A DNA stretch of 64,000 bases from Candidatus Peregrinibacteria bacterium CG_4_9_14_0_2_um_filter_53_11 (GCA_002788775.1 PFRX01000013.1:5790-69789); one strand, 5' to 3'. Positions 19,861 through 30,025 are shown, numbered from the stretch's first letter. Notes: generated from the letters alone by a model not told the origin. A program made the numbers and translations.

Positions 19861-21036
19861 CTACGAGAGAGCTTTATTATAGATCTCCAGAACCGATCTG
19901 GCCATCGTATCCCATGAAAACTCACGGGCGCGGGCCAGTCCGCGCTCACGAAGTGTCGCCTGCAGCTGGGGGTCTTTTATGAGCGTATCGAGGGTCTCGG
20001 CGATGTTGGTTGGATCGTGAGGATCGAAAAACAGCGCGTTCCCCTCGCCACAAACTTCCGGCAGACAGGAGGTCTTTGAGGCGCAGACGGGTGTGCCGCA
20101 GGCGAAGGCCTCAAGAGCCGGCAGGCCGAATCCCTCGTAGAGCGAGGGGATGACATAGCTGAGGGCCCCGTTATAGAGCAGAATCAGGTCTTCTTCTGAG
20201 ACGCGCCCGACAAAGCGGACGTCGTCGTTGAGGCCGTAGTGGTGTACCGCCTGGGTGACTTCGGCGTAGCGCGGATCCGGCAGACCGGTGATGGCGAGGA
20301 GGCCCGGGAAGTCGTGCTTTGCCTTGAGGAGAGAAAAAGCTCGTATCAGGTTGATGAGGTTTTTGTGGCTGCGCCAGACGCCGGCGTAAAGAAGGTAGGG
20401 CTTTTTGAGGTCGAGGCGCTCGCGGAGGTCGGCGACGGCGGCCGGGTCTTCCGTGGGTTTAAACTCCTCCCCCACCCCCGGGTAGACGACGGAGATCTTC
20501 TCTTCCGGGATGCGAAGGAAGTTTACTATGTCATGCTTGGTATTATTTGAGACGGCTATAATGTGGCGCGAGCGATGAGCCACTGAGCTGATTATGAGGT
20601 CGTAGGCCCAGCGGCGGAGTGTTCCGTTAAAGCGGCGTTCGGGGTACATGCTCAGTGTAAGGTCGTGGATGGTGACCACAGAGGGGCCGCGGTAGAGAAT
20701 GGGGGCGTTAAAGTGAGTGAAATGCATCAGGTCCAGACGGGCGGCCTTGAGTTTTTTGACGAAGCTGAGCTGCTCGCGGAGGGAGTAGTGCGGGGCGTCC
20801 GCAAGCACTTTTGTGACGCCCGGACGTGAGGGGATAAACTCATCGTAGTTCGGCTGGTTCAAGAAGACGACGTACTCGTTTTCAGTATCGAGAGTCGTAA
20901 CGTTCTGCACGAGCTCGTAAACGTAGCGGCCAATGCCAAAGTGGCGGCTGTAAAAACGGGCATCTATTCCAATACGTCGTGGTTTCGCGGCCTTCAAAGG
21001 AGCGGCTAAGTCTGAGTCGAGTGGAGTATGTGTCAT
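19861..21036 (-). CDS. GT4 family glycosyltransferase
   Basis: IGIDAR, VVTIHDL, HKN, PSLYEGFGLPALEAFACG. Confidence 0.93.
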   Translation of the reverse strand: MTHTPLDSDLAAPLKAAKPRRIGIDARFYSRHFGIGRYVYELVQNVTTLDTENEYVVFLNQPNYDEFIPSRPGVTKVLADAPHYSLREQLSFVKKLKAARLDLMHFTHFNAPILYRGPSVVTIHDLTLSMYPERRFNGTLRRWAYDLIISSVAHRSRHIIAVSNNTKHDIVNFLRIPEEKISVVYPGVGEEFKPTEDPAAVADLRERLDLKKPYLLYAGVWRSHKNLINLIRAFSLLKAKHDFPGLLAITGLPDPRYAEVTQAVHHYGLNDDVRFVGRVSEEDLILLYNGALSYVIPSLYEGFGLPALEAFACGTPVCASKTSCLPEVCGEGNALFFDPHDPTNIAETLDTLIKDPQLQATLRERGLARAREFSWDTMARSVLEIYNKALS

Positions 21037-21051
21037 GAGTGAGGATGGTGG

Positions 21052-22524
21052 TTACTCGAGGTCTTCGAGGAAGCGGGCGAGTACCCTGAGGCCAAAACCG
21101 GTCGCCCCCTTGTCTTCGTGTTTCTTGGGATCGGAGGTGAAGGCCGGCCCGGCAATGTCGAGGTGGGCCCACGGGGTCTTCCCCACAAATTCTTTGAGGA
21201 AGGCGGCGCCTTTAGAGGCTCCGGCGTAGCGTGAGGTGCCCGAGTCGCTGTTGCGCAAGTCGGCATACTGCCCCTTCATCTTCTCGGCATCATCTTCGTG
21301 AATGGGCATGGGCCAGAGTAGCTCATCGACGGCTTCGCCCGCTGCTTTAAGTTTTGCGCTGAGCTCTTCGTCGTTACCAAAGAGGCCGGCGTAGCGGTAA
21401 CCAAGGCCGATCATACAGGCTCCCGTCAGCGTCGCCACATCTATTATATAGCGAGGCTTGTACTCTTTTACGGCATAGGCAAGGGCATCACAGAGGACGA
21501 GGCGGCCCTCGGCGTCGGTATTAGTTACCTCGACGGTTGTGCCGGCGTAGGTCGTAATTATCTCGGAGGGGCGCTGGGCCTTGGCGTCTATCGAGTTATC
21601 CGTGATCGGGGCCACGGCGATAACCCGGTGTTTAATGTTGAGGCGGGGAAGGAGCTCGATCAGCTCAAGAACCGTTGCCGCTCCGGACTTGTCGAGCTGC
21701 ATGTCTTCAATGTGTCCGCTGGGCTTGAGGTTGTAGCCTCCACTATCGAAGATGATCCCCTTTCCAACAAGGACAACCGGCTTCTTTTTGTCGGCTCCGC
21801 GAGGGGTGTAGTCCAAGACGGCAAGACGGGCCTCATCCACGCTGCCGCGGTTTACTCCAAGCAGTGCGCCCATTCCCATCTTGGTGAGCTGCTTCTTGTT
21901 GAAGATTGTCACGCGGGTGCGGGACTGCTTGCCGATACGTCGCGCCTCGTGCTCCAAAAAGTGAACATCAACGTGGCTGGGCGGCCCGTTGACCCAGTCG
22001 CGGACGGTGACAGTGGCTCCACCGATGTGAAGTCCGCGCTCGGCCTTCTTCTGAAGCTCCTTATCTTTCCCCAGCCCCACGAGCTCGACCGCGTCGATGC
22101 TCATCTCCTCCAACTTTTTGAGATTTTCGCCGGTCTTGTAAGGGTAGGCACAGCGGTAACTGGCCATGACGACCGACTCGGTGACAACTTGGGCGTATTT
22201 TTTGATCGCCGAAGGGAGGTGGATCGTGAGGTCGTGGGCCTTGTGTCCCTGGGCGGCCTTAACAGCTCCCGAGAGAGCCTTCATGAGGGACTGCTCGGTG
22301 AGCTTCTTCTCCTCACCCAAGCCCACGAAGATTATTTTCTGAGGAAGTGTTGATGCGAGGTTGAGCGCGAAGTGGAGCTCGCCGGACTTTCCTTCAAACT
22401 CGTTGCACTTTTTGAGTGCCTCAAGATGCGATTTTACTGCGCTTACAGTAGAACTTTGCCCCTGAAATACAGGGTAGATGCAGAGAGCTTTGGTGCTGAA
22501 TTTTTGTGAAAATGTGAGTTGCAT
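21052..22524 (-). CDS. pepA: Leucyl aminopeptidase (M17)
   Basis: VGKGIIFDSGG, NTDAEGRL, DVATLTGA, WAHLDIAG; start at ATG 22524. Confidence 0.95.
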   Translation of the reverse strand: MQLTFSQKFSTKALCIYPVFQGQSSTVSAVKSHLEALKKCNEFEGKSGELHFALNLASTLPQKIIFVGLGEEKKLTEQSLMKALSGAVKAAQGHKAHDLTIHLPSAIKKYAQVVTESVVMASYRCAYPYKTGENLKKLEEMSIDAVELVGLGKDKELQKKAERGLHIGGATVTVRDWVNGPPSHVDVHFLEHEARRIGKQSRTRVTIFNKKQLTKMGMGALLGVNRGSVDEARLAVLDYTPRGADKKKPVVLVGKGIIFDSGGYNLKPSGHIEDMQLDKSGAATVLELIELLPRLNIKHRVIAVAPITDNSIDAKAQRPSEIITTYAGTTVEVTNTDAEGRLVLCDALAYAVKEYKPRYIIDVATLTGACMIGLGYRYAGLFGNDEELSAKLKAAGEAVDELLWPMPIHEDDAEKMKGQYADLRNSDSGTSRYAGASKGAAFLKEFVGKTPWAHLDIAGPAFTSDPKKHEDKGATGFGLRVLARFLEDLE

Positions 22525-22532
22525 AACGCAGC

Positions 22533-23486
22533 TCATTGTATCAGATCGGGCCAGAAATATGCCAACACACCGCGCCACTTTTTAAGCGCCGCGCCACGGG
22601 AGTAGTCGCGGACGAGTGCGGTGGCTTCGGTGTAGCGCGGAACGAAGCCACTCAGAGCCGCACTGATCTTACCGAGATCCTCCTCCAAGTCGCCCGACTC
22701 AACTTTTACGCAGTTCTCGCCGGGCGTGAGGAAGTCGGTAACACCTCCCAGAAGGTTGCTGGCAACAAGCGCCCCGCTCGCAACAGCTTCAAGCGCCGGA
22801 AGACCAAAGCCCTCGCCGGGAAGGACGCGCCGCCAGCCGGCCTTGTGGGGCGCGGTGCAGTAGAGGAAGAGTTTTGTCCGTCGGAGGAGCTGGGCGAACT
22901 CGGCCTGTGGGATCCACTCGCTAATGCGGCGGACATTCAGCTCGCTCATCTCTTCGAGGGCGGGGGTGAGAGTCTCCAGACAGTAGGTGTTTTGCTTGCG
23001 CTCGTGAATCAGGATGTCGATATCGCGCTCCTCTTCGGGGGAGGGTGGGGTGAAGTCGGGAGAGAGGGGTGGCGGGCAGTAGGCGAGGCCGTTGCCTTTG
23101 GAGTGGAGGGCCCACTGAGCCATCACATAGCGGCTCACGCAGACGATCGGAATGCCGCGCGGGACGTCGACGCCCCAGCCAAAGCTCTGTGCGTAGTAGA
23201 GGATGCGTGCCTCGGGAAGCGCCTTTCGGATCGTGGCGATATGCTGGCCCACAACCGGGCCCCAAGTGACGACAAAAATAGACTCCTGGAGGTTCTCACT
23301 GGCCATCTCAAAAGCGGCTTTCGGCGTCAGCGCTTCGGTACTTTCTTCGTGTGTTGTAACCAAAAAAGTCTGAGCGCAGCCCTCGTGGGATGTCTCATCG
23401 AGGAGGTCGGCCAGGTCGCGCGTTACCATCAGTCCTCCACTTTTATATCTTTCGGAAAGTCCGGGTACGAAAAAAAAGATGTTCAT
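22533..23486 (-). CDS. GT-B fold glycosyltransferase (GT4-like)
   Basis: SGG near the N-terminus, EGFGLPALEA; start at ATG 23486. Confidence 0.8.
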   Translation of the reverse strand: MNIFFFVPGLSERYKSGGLMVTRDLADLLDETSHEGCAQTFLVTTHEESTEALTPKAAFEMASENLQESIFVVTWGPVVGQHIATIRKALPEARILYYAQSFGWGVDVPRGIPIVCVSRYVMAQWALHSKGNGLAYCPPPLSPDFTPPSPEEERDIDILIHERKQNTYCLETLTPALEEMSELNVRRISEWIPQAEFAQLLRRTKLFLYCTAPHKAGWRRVLPGEGFGLPALEAVASGALVASNLLGGVTDFLTPGENCVKVESGDLEEDLGKISAALSGFVPRYTEATALVRDYSRGAALKKWRGVLAYFWPDLIQ

Positions 23487-23539
23487 GGAAGGAAGCATAC
23501 TACGAAAAGTGGGGATGAGGCTATAGGGGGCTTGGCCTC

Positions 23540-25957
23540 CTACTCAGTGCCCACGTGTAGTTCCGCTGCTTCGGCGGCTCCTTTGCGGGCTGGCCCACTG
23601 CGATGGTGCGCCTCACGAGCCTGTGTTGCCTGCTTACTGTTATACTGTTGTGAAAGATGGAGACGCATGGCCGCGAGCTCTTTGGGAGTGATCGTAATGT
23701 CCGCCGACTGACTGAGTATCCGCGCCATTAAATCGGCAGGAGTCTCATTCCCGTTGCCGTTGAGGGGCTCGAGGAAACAAATGGGAATGGCGACGGGGAT
23801 AAGCGGACCGTGAGGGAGACGGGGGTCGACCATGAGCGCCGGGGTACACAAGGCCACATTATACGGATCGTTGGGTTGAGATACTCGTGCCTTTACGGCC
23901 TCGTAGCGTGGGTCACTCGGTTTGAGGATTGTTACCGTTGCTCCAAAAAGGTTGAATCGACTTAGGAGCCCCTCGAATGTAACTCGCTTAGTTCGGGACT
24001 CGGTAGCCTGCCTGGCAATGACCTCTCGTGCCGCCGGCGTATCGGCCTGTTCTGCCTCGACAACGGGATGGAAGACGTCCTCTGGGTATCTTTCAAAGCG
24101 ATCGTCAACACGCTCATCCGGAGTAAGGCGAGTTGTTCTACCTGGGTCCGCCGCACGCTCGTCCGCGTATGCTTGGGGGATATCAAATAGCTCAGGGGCG
24201 AGCTGGTACTCTTCACACACTGCTTGGCGCACAAGCTGCCAAAAGTGGGGACGGGTACTGGTATCTGTTCGGCTGGCCCTCAACGCACCGCGCCACTGGG
24301 CCAGGAGGGTCTTTGCGGCTTTCTCCAGAACAGGGTCTCCGTTAACGAGCGCACTGATGTGCATGGGGCCGGAGGTACCGCTCAGAGCGTCGCGAATCTG
24401 CCCGAGACGGCTCCTCATAGTCTCGGTCTGTACGAGAAAGTGGCGGATACTAGCTGCGACATCAAGTCCCGCATCAAGGTGGCGCTTAGCCATATGCCCG
24501 CTACGTCCTACCAAGTTTGCCTCACTCCCCTTAAGAAGTTCATCGGAGAACTGCTCTAAACTCATTGGCTCGGTATGTAACGAGAGTTCGTCGAGCCGCT
24601 GCGCCAAGTGAGCACTGAAACCGGCACGGGTTTCATGAGAGGTCTTGCCAATCGTGATGCGGTTGAGACTTAGGAGCTCTCGTACTATGGTCACCCACTC
24701 TTGAGGTGACAAGCTCTTCTCTTCCTCAACGCGTCCATCGACGATGGTTACGGGCATTCCACAGGCACGACTGAGGTAGCGTGCCGCAATTGTATGTATC
24801 TCTTGGCCGATAATCGTCCCTCTGTTTCGTAGTGCACGCCCGTGCTGTTCCATAACGTCGACGAGGCCACGAAGGGGGTGATCCGGGTGGCTCGCTTCGG
24901 TTAGGTTAAGCCAGCCGGCCTGTTTATTTAGCTCACCAAGGAGTTCGGCGACGTCGGGTCTGCTGGCGAGCATGATGCGAAACTGAATGTGGCTCAAAAC
25001 CCAGGCTCGTGCACGGGTCCCCTCTTGTGTAGTAAGGTAGCCAAGCTCATCTACATTATCCGCCCGTTGGGCAAAGCGTTTAATCGGATCACAAGTCTGG
25101 GTTGTATCTAGGCGGTCGGGTGGCTTAGGAAGGCTCAAAAAGAAGCGCTTCAAGTCGCTCCTCATCCGCTCGAGCAGTGAACCCCACTCAGCCGCCGAGA
25201 TCTTATAGGGCTTTGGTAGAACCGGATCAGCTAACACGGCCGCTAGCTCGGTATTCTGAATGGGGGCGTGCACATCTGCAGGAAGGGCCTCATCCCCCTC
25301 CGCCGTGATGGGAGAGTCTTCGTGAGCATTTCGTGGTCTGACATACTTTGATTCAGGCTTGGTCTTTCCGCGTTCTCCCTTCAAAAAGCTTACGGGTATC
25401 CCGGCCTCGTCGCTCAAAACGCGCATAACGTACTCTTCAAAAAAGCTGCGTCGATGTCCACCTCCACGGGCGCTCAAGGTCAGTAGGGACCTGATAAGCT
25501 TGGTCAACTTAGGTGGTACCACGTCCGGCCTGTAGCGGCCACCATTCTCCTTAAGCCGGCGTATGGCCTCTGGAAAGTCGGGGTGTGCGATGAGACGCTT
25601 CCTAATATTCAGACGGCGTGTCAACCCTGTAAAGACTGCCTGGAAACGAGGTTGGCGTCGCAACTGGTTGAATGAATCACCCCCCACCTGTGCGAGACCG
25701 GCGGTAAGAGCATCTTCGAGCCGACCGGAGTGAGAGATCTCTCGAAGGTTTAAGCCGATTGAAAAGGTACAGTCCGCAAGTGCCACGCGCGCCTCGGCGA
25801 TGACTGTCTGCCACCCCGCATCCTCGTGCTGCTCAATAACAGTGGTGTCGTTGATGAAGGCGCGGAGCTCATCGGCGCTAACGGCAAAGGGGTTCTCGGG
25901 CACCCTGCCCGTAGCCGGAGTTTGTGTATATGGAATGTCTGGGGTTTTTTGAGTCAC
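23540..25957 (-). CDS. Large hypothetical protein with three internal helical repeats
   Basis: 805-aa ORF with no recognisable family motif; repeated W...(I/F)R..L...LS..xG(I/M)P units. Confidence 0.75.
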   Translation of the reverse strand: MTQKTPDIPYTQTPATGRVPENPFAVSADELRAFINDTTVIEQHEDAGWQTVIAEARVALADCTFSIGLNLREISHSGRLEDALTAGLAQVGGDSFNQLRRQPRFQAVFTGLTRRLNIRKRLIAHPDFPEAIRRLKENGGRYRPDVVPPKLTKLIRSLLTLSARGGGHRRSFFEEYVMRVLSDEAGIPVSFLKGERGKTKPESKYVRPRNAHEDSPITAEGDEALPADVHAPIQNTELAAVLADPVLPKPYKISAAEWGSLLERMRSDLKRFFLSLPKPPDRLDTTQTCDPIKRFAQRADNVDELGYLTTQEGTRARAWVLSHIQFRIMLASRPDVAELLGELNKQAGWLNLTEASHPDHPLRGLVDVMEQHGRALRNRGTIIGQEIHTIAARYLSRACGMPVTIVDGRVEEEKSLSPQEWVTIVRELLSLNRITIGKTSHETRAGFSAHLAQRLDELSLHTEPMSLEQFSDELLKGSEANLVGRSGHMAKRHLDAGLDVAASIRHFLVQTETMRSRLGQIRDALSGTSGPMHISALVNGDPVLEKAAKTLLAQWRGALRASRTDTSTRPHFWQLVRQAVCEEYQLAPELFDIPQAYADERAADPGRTTRLTPDERVDDRFERYPEDVFHPVVEAEQADTPAAREVIARQATESRTKRVTFEGLLSRFNLFGATVTILKPSDPRYEAVKARVSQPNDPYNVALCTPALMVDPRLPHGPLIPVAIPICFLEPLNGNGNETPADLMARILSQSADITITPKELAAMRLHLSQQYNSKQATQAREAHHRSGPARKGAAEAAELHVGTE

Positions 25958-26081
25958 TTCAGCAGGGAGTGTTGCCTAAGGCCTAAATAATTGACTGCGT
26001 AAGATTGCAACACTACCAAAAAATGAGAAAAAAGCAAAAAGACTATCCATGTGAGCAAAATTAGTTATACTGGGCTCGCGC

Positions 26082-26159
26082 GGTCCGGTGGTGTAGCCCG
26101 GTTAACACGCCACACTGTCACTGTGGAGAGCGCGGGTTCAAATCCCGTCCGGACCGCCA
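26082..26159 (+). tRNA. tRNA-Asp (GTC)
   Basis: GGTCCGG/CCGGACC acceptor stem, CCACA-CTGTCAC-TGTGG anticodon arm, GGTTCAAATCC T-loop, G73, encoded CCA. Confidence 0.97.
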
Positions 26160-26204
26160 TCTGAAAATCATTAGCGTTCACCTCTACCGGGAGCGCTTGT
26201 TTGG

Positions 26205-26244
26205 TTGACGGGCACAGAAGGTTACGTTACGATATAATCGTAAC
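26205..26244 (+). promoter_or_regulatory. Toxin-antitoxin promoter with palindromic operator
   Basis: TTGACG-17 nt-TACGAT; perfect palindrome GTTACGAT-ATA-ATCGTAAC (26226-26244) over the -10. Confidence 0.75.
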
Positions 26245-26259
26245 CATTAACAGCTGTTT

Positions 26260-26475
26260 ATGAGTGTATCACGTTCTACAATCTCGTTCAGTGAGCAAAA
26301 CTGGAAGAAGCTAGCCAACGCGGAAAACAAGAGTAAAACTGTGAATCTTGCTTTGAAGTTCTACTACGACTCGAAAGAATTACTTAAAGAGAAAGAAGAA
26401 GAGTTTATCCTGAATGAGCTGCAGCACTACGAAAACACGGGAGAGTCTTACGGCTTTGACGAGACTTTTAACTAG
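26260..26475 (+). CDS. Putative type II antitoxin (RHH-like N-terminus, acidic C-terminus)
   Basis: 71 aa; RSTISF strand followed by helices; directly upstream of a RelE-like gene. Confidence 0.7.
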   Translation: MSVSRSTISFSEQNWKKLANAENKSKTVNLALKFYYDSKELLKEKEEEFILNELQHYENTGESYGFDETFN

Positions 26476-26484
26476 CCTTTTTTG

Positions 26485-26751
26485 ATGGAGGTTATTTTTC
26501 TTAGACAGCCACATAAATTTATTAAAAAAGCTGATGAGCCTTTGAAGAATAAAATTAAAGAAGAAGTTCTTACGATAAAGGAGAATCCAAAGATAGGAGC
26601 TCAGCTGGTTGGTAAGAAGTTCAAGGGGCTTAGATCTCACCATTTTGTTTTTGTTAAAGTTAATTTCAGGATCGCCTATAAGTTAGTAGGCGATTTGATT
26701 ATTGTTTATCTTTCAACCAGAGAAAATTTTTATAGAGATCTTAAATGCTGA
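26485..26751 (+). CDS. RelE/ParE family toxin
   Basis: Small basic protein with ENPKIG..L.G...GLRS, FRIAY and TRENFY motifs; low GC. Confidence 0.85.
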   Translation: MEVIFLRQPHKFIKKADEPLKNKIKEEVLTIKENPKIGAQLVGKKFKGLRSHHFVFVKVNFRIAYKLVGDLIIVYLSTRENFYRDLKC

Positions 26752-26839
26752 GAAGTCCACAGGAGTGGGAAGGTTTGACAGGAACCAATTATGCAGAGTA
26801 GTATCAACCCCGTTTATTTAAATTTTACTTATTGGAATC

Positions 26840-27376
26840 ATGACAAAATCTCCTAGCGAAGGTATAGTCGCAGCCTCAGTTGTGAAAAGAAACCCGCCAC
26901 GGAAGGATTATAATCCAACAGCCCCTGTAAACGCTCGCGAAATTATTAGGGCTGAGGTACTCGCTGCCGGTCGCGACTTTCTAAACGGAAACCCCGCGGC
27001 TGTAGCGAATCTGGCGGAAGAGGTGGCCGCAAGTCTGAGGCGCACAAAGAGTTCAGGCCAGCCGGTTCTGGGCGAGGTACTGGACGACAAAGATCCTGTC
27101 TCAGCAGTACGTCGTGAGATGATGGGCGTACTTGCCGAACCAAGCTGCCTCAACGAAGAGGGCGAGCTGCCCGAGGGGTGTGTTCGTGCAACTGTCGGGA
27201 ACCGCGTTGGCAACGGACTGCTGGTCCATGTTGATAACGGCGGCAAGGCAATGACGCTCACTGGAGAGAGACTGGGCGCTCTTAAGGCCGGTGATAGCGT
27301 AGTCGTCCGCCGGGCTCGCAAGCCTCAAATCGACAGGCACGGTCGCGAGGAGGTCATGCTCAACGGCGAGGCCTAA
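26840..27376 (+). CDS. Hypothetical protein, possible C-terminal S1/OB-like domain
   Basis: 178 aa; own TTGACA promoter (26775) and terminator; VRATV...GLLVHVDNG...LKAGDSVVV. Confidence 0.65.
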   Translation: MTKSPSEGIVAASVVKRNPPRKDYNPTAPVNAREIIRAEVLAAGRDFLNGNPAAVANLAEEVAASLRRTKSSGQPVLGEVLDDKDPVSAVRREMMGVLAEPSCLNEEGELPEGCVRATVGNRVGNGLLVHVDNGGKAMTLTGERLGALKAGDSVVVRRARKPQIDRHGREEVMLNGEA

Positions 27377-27393
27377 CTCTTGCAGCTCCTCTA

Positions 27394-27429
27394 AATAAAA
27401 CCACCTGTCAGCTGATGGGTGGTTTTATT
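27394..27429 (+). terminator. Rho-independent terminator
   Basis: AATAAAACCACC...GGTGGTTTTATT inverted repeat. Confidence 0.85.
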
Positions 27430-27491
27430 CTTGACCTAACGAGCTTTTTTGCGCGTGAGGCGGGCATCAGAGAGTCTACTCTGCACTGTAC

Positions 27492-27520
27492 TTGACAAAT
27501 ACGCAATGAGCTGGTTTAAT
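27492..27520 (+). promoter_or_regulatory. Sigma70-type promoter of the MacAB-like operon
   Basis: TTGACA-17 nt-TTTAAT with TG extension. Confidence 0.6.
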
Positions 27521-27546
27521 GTGTCCTTCTAACTTTTCCTCTTGAT

Positions 27547-29295
27547 ATGCGTAAACGTACTATTGCTCTCGGACTCATACCTGTTGTTGTTATTGGTGTC
27601 GTGGCTTACCGCTGGTATAAGGCGAGCACTGCTCCCCTTCCTTACGAGTATATTACCATCGCTCCAACCGAACTGAGCCAGGAGGTTACGGTGACCGGGC
27701 GCGTTGAGGCTATCGCCGACGTGGATCTTGCTTTTGAGGCGAGTGGGCGTGTTACACAGCTCAATGTTAGGGTTGGTGATCGTGTTGAGGAGGGGCAGGT
27801 TTTAGCTGCGCTGGATGACGCCTCTTTTGCCTCACGTCTTAAAGAAAACCAGGCTGCTGTTGCGGCCGCGGAAACTCAGGTAGCTCAGCAACGTGCGGGA
27901 CTTCGTGCCGAGACGGCCCGTTTTGACCAGCTTCAGCGTGGGGGCAGTAGCCAGCAGATACAGTCGAGTGATTTACGTAGGGCCAACTCACAGCGAACAG
28001 TTGAGGATCGCCGTCAGGCTCTCCAGCTTGCACGCCAGAAGGCCGATCTTGACGTGGCTCAGAACTACGCCTCGGTTATCGACGTCGTAGAGAGTGCCTA
28101 CAGTGCCGCCGATCAAGCCGTTCGCCTTCAGACGGCGGAGCTTTTTACCAAGGAAGATTTTTTCAGCCGGTACAAACTTAGCTTCCAGTCGTGCAACATC
28201 AATCTCGGACAAAAGGTTATTGATCAGCGCAACGAGCTAGAGACGACACTCACTGACTGGCAGGGGCAGGTCGCAGGCGCCTCGGTCACCGAGACGTTCG
28301 AGCAGCTCGACACACTTCTTCAAGATGCAGCCGAAAATACGCGCTCCGTCAGGAACTTTTTGGACGAGACGACGACGCTCCTTCTCACCGAGTGTTTTGG
28401 TCGCGATCCCCTTCCCGCAACATACCGAACACAGGTTGCCGCGGCGCTCGGTGCAATCAATGGTGCACGAACTCAGTTGAACAGCCGGGCTCAGCAACTC
28501 GAGACGCAGCAGCTGACCCAGGCTTCGGCTATTCAGAGCGCGCAGGCTCAGCTTCGCGAGGCGGAAAATGCTCTCGCGACATCGAGTAGTGATGCGCAGA
28601 ATACGCGCTCGTCTGCTCGCCCTGAGGAGCTTGCCGCACAGGTAGCCAAAATAGATCAAGTTAGAGCTGCAATCGGCGCTCAACAGGCGCAGGTGGTTCA
28701 GGCTCAGGCTCGTCTGGAAAATCTTCTTACCGAGCAGCGTAAGCTCGTTGTGGTCGCGCCTATTACCGGCGTCGTCTCCAAGGCTGACGTCAAGCTCGGT
28801 GAGTTCGCCTCACCCGGCTCCCCCGTCTTCCGTGTGCTTACGCCAACGTTGCTGAAGGTCGAGATAGATGTGCCGGAGGCCGACGTCGCAAAAATTCATA
28901 ACGGTGACGAGGCAGAGGTGACGTTGGACGCTTATGGATCCGATCTCGTGTTTAAGGCTTACGTGACAAGTATCGAGCCCGCTGCGAGTCTTGCTGAAGG
29001 CGTTCCCACCTACAAAACAACAGTCATGTTTGAGTCTGCCGATCCCCGCATCAAACCGGGTATGACGGCCGACCTCGACATCTTTACCGCTCATAAGGAA
29101 GAGGTCCTTGCGGTTCCGGCCCGTGCCGTTCAGACGCGTGAAGATGGAACGGACTTTGTGCAGGTTCTTGACGCCGATGACAAGCTGCAAGAGGTTAATG
29201 TGACCACCGGGCTTCGTGGCTCGGATGGCCGTCTGGAGATCCTCAGTGGTCTGAGTGTCGGCGACCGTGTCGTCACCTTTATTGAAGAAGACTAA
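27547..29295 (+). CDS. Efflux membrane-fusion (MacA/HlyD-like) adaptor with very long coiled coil
   Basis: N-terminal TM, lipoyl-like halves (VRVGDRVEEGQVLA; APITGVV), KPGMTA, EILSGL. Confidence 0.9.
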   Translation: MRKRTIALGLIPVVVIGVVAYRWYKASTAPLPYEYITIAPTELSQEVTVTGRVEAIADVDLAFEASGRVTQLNVRVGDRVEEGQVLAALDDASFASRLKENQAAVAAAETQVAQQRAGLRAETARFDQLQRGGSSQQIQSSDLRRANSQRTVEDRRQALQLARQKADLDVAQNYASVIDVVESAYSAADQAVRLQTAELFTKEDFFSRYKLSFQSCNINLGQKVIDQRNELETTLTDWQGQVAGASVTETFEQLDTLLQDAAENTRSVRNFLDETTTLLLTECFGRDPLPATYRTQVAAALGAINGARTQLNSRAQQLETQQLTQASAIQSAQAQLREAENALATSSSDAQNTRSSARPEELAAQVAKIDQVRAAIGAQQAQVVQAQARLENLLTEQRKLVVVAPITGVVSKADVKLGEFASPGSPVFRVLTPTLLKVEIDVPEADVAKIHNGDEAEVTLDAYGSDLVFKAYVTSIEPAASLAEGVPTYKTTVMFESADPRIKPGMTADLDIFTAHKEEVLAVPARAVQTREDGTDFVQVLDADDKLQEVNVTTGLRGSDGRLEILSGLSVGDRVVTFIEED

Positions 29296-29302
29296 ACTAT
29301 CT

Positions 29303-30025
29303 ATGGCCCTTATTGAGCTCACCAACTTGGAAAAGGTCTACCGTCAGGGCGAGGTGGAGACACGCGCACTACGCGGCGTCTCCTTTTCCGTTGAGAAGGG
29401 AGAGTTTGTGGCGATCATGGGGCCCTCCGGCTCCGGGAAGTCTACACTCCTTCATATTCTCGGCTTCCTCGATCCGCCAACAGGAGGAGAGTATCTTTTT
29501 CAGGGCCGCTCGGCCGTCTCATATGGTGAAGATGAGATCTCACACATCCGCAACCGTAAGTTGGGATTTGTCTTCCAGGCATTCAATCTGCTCCCCCGAA
29601 CAACGGTGCTCGACAACGTCATGCTCCCCCTCCTCTATTCGGATGTTCCCGAGCGTGAGTGGAAGCAAAAGGCAACAAAGGCAGTTGAGGCTGTGGGCCT
29701 GAGCCATCGTATTCATCACGAACCGGCTCAGCTCTCGGGTGGAGAGAAGCAGCGTGTGGCAATCGCCCGCGCACTTGTGACCGACCCCGAGGTTATCTTT
29801 GCCGACGAACCCACCGGTAACCTCGACTCGAAGTCGGGTAAGGCGATCATGGAGATTCTTCAGGAACTCAATGACAAGCAGGGGCATACCATCATCCTCA
29901 TCACTCACGAGACCTACACAGCCGAACACGCCGGACGCATCATCCGCATAAAAGACGGCCTGGTTGAGAGCGATCGTCTTGTTGAGGAGCGTCGTCGTGC
30001 AGACACGGATAGCCTCCTAAAATAA
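29303..30025 (+). CDS. ABC transporter ATP-binding protein (MacB/LolD type)
   Basis: [32 protein letters not shown]; start at ATG 29303. Confidence 0.95.
   Translation: MALIELTNLEKVYRQGEVETRALRGVSFSVEKGEFVAIMGPSGSGKSTLLHILGFLDPPTGGEYLFQGRSAVSYGEDEISHIRNRKLGFVFQAFNLLPRTTVLDNVMLPLLYSDVPEREWKQKATKAVEAVGLSHRIHHEPAQLSGGEKQRVAIARALVTDPEVIFADEPTGNLDSKSGKAIMEILQELNDKQGHTIILITHETYTAEHAGRIIRIKDGLVESDRLVEERRRADTDSLLK

Noticed and set aside
22536-23711. 391-aa plus-strand ORF (likewise 62772-63671, 21628-22353, 43875-44660 and others)
   Set aside because: These mirror real genes on the opposite strand, as expected from codon bias, and have no motifs.
26130-27500. att-site duplication of the tRNA-Asp 3' end bounding an island
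   Set aside because: No downstream copy of the tRNA 3' sequence was found.
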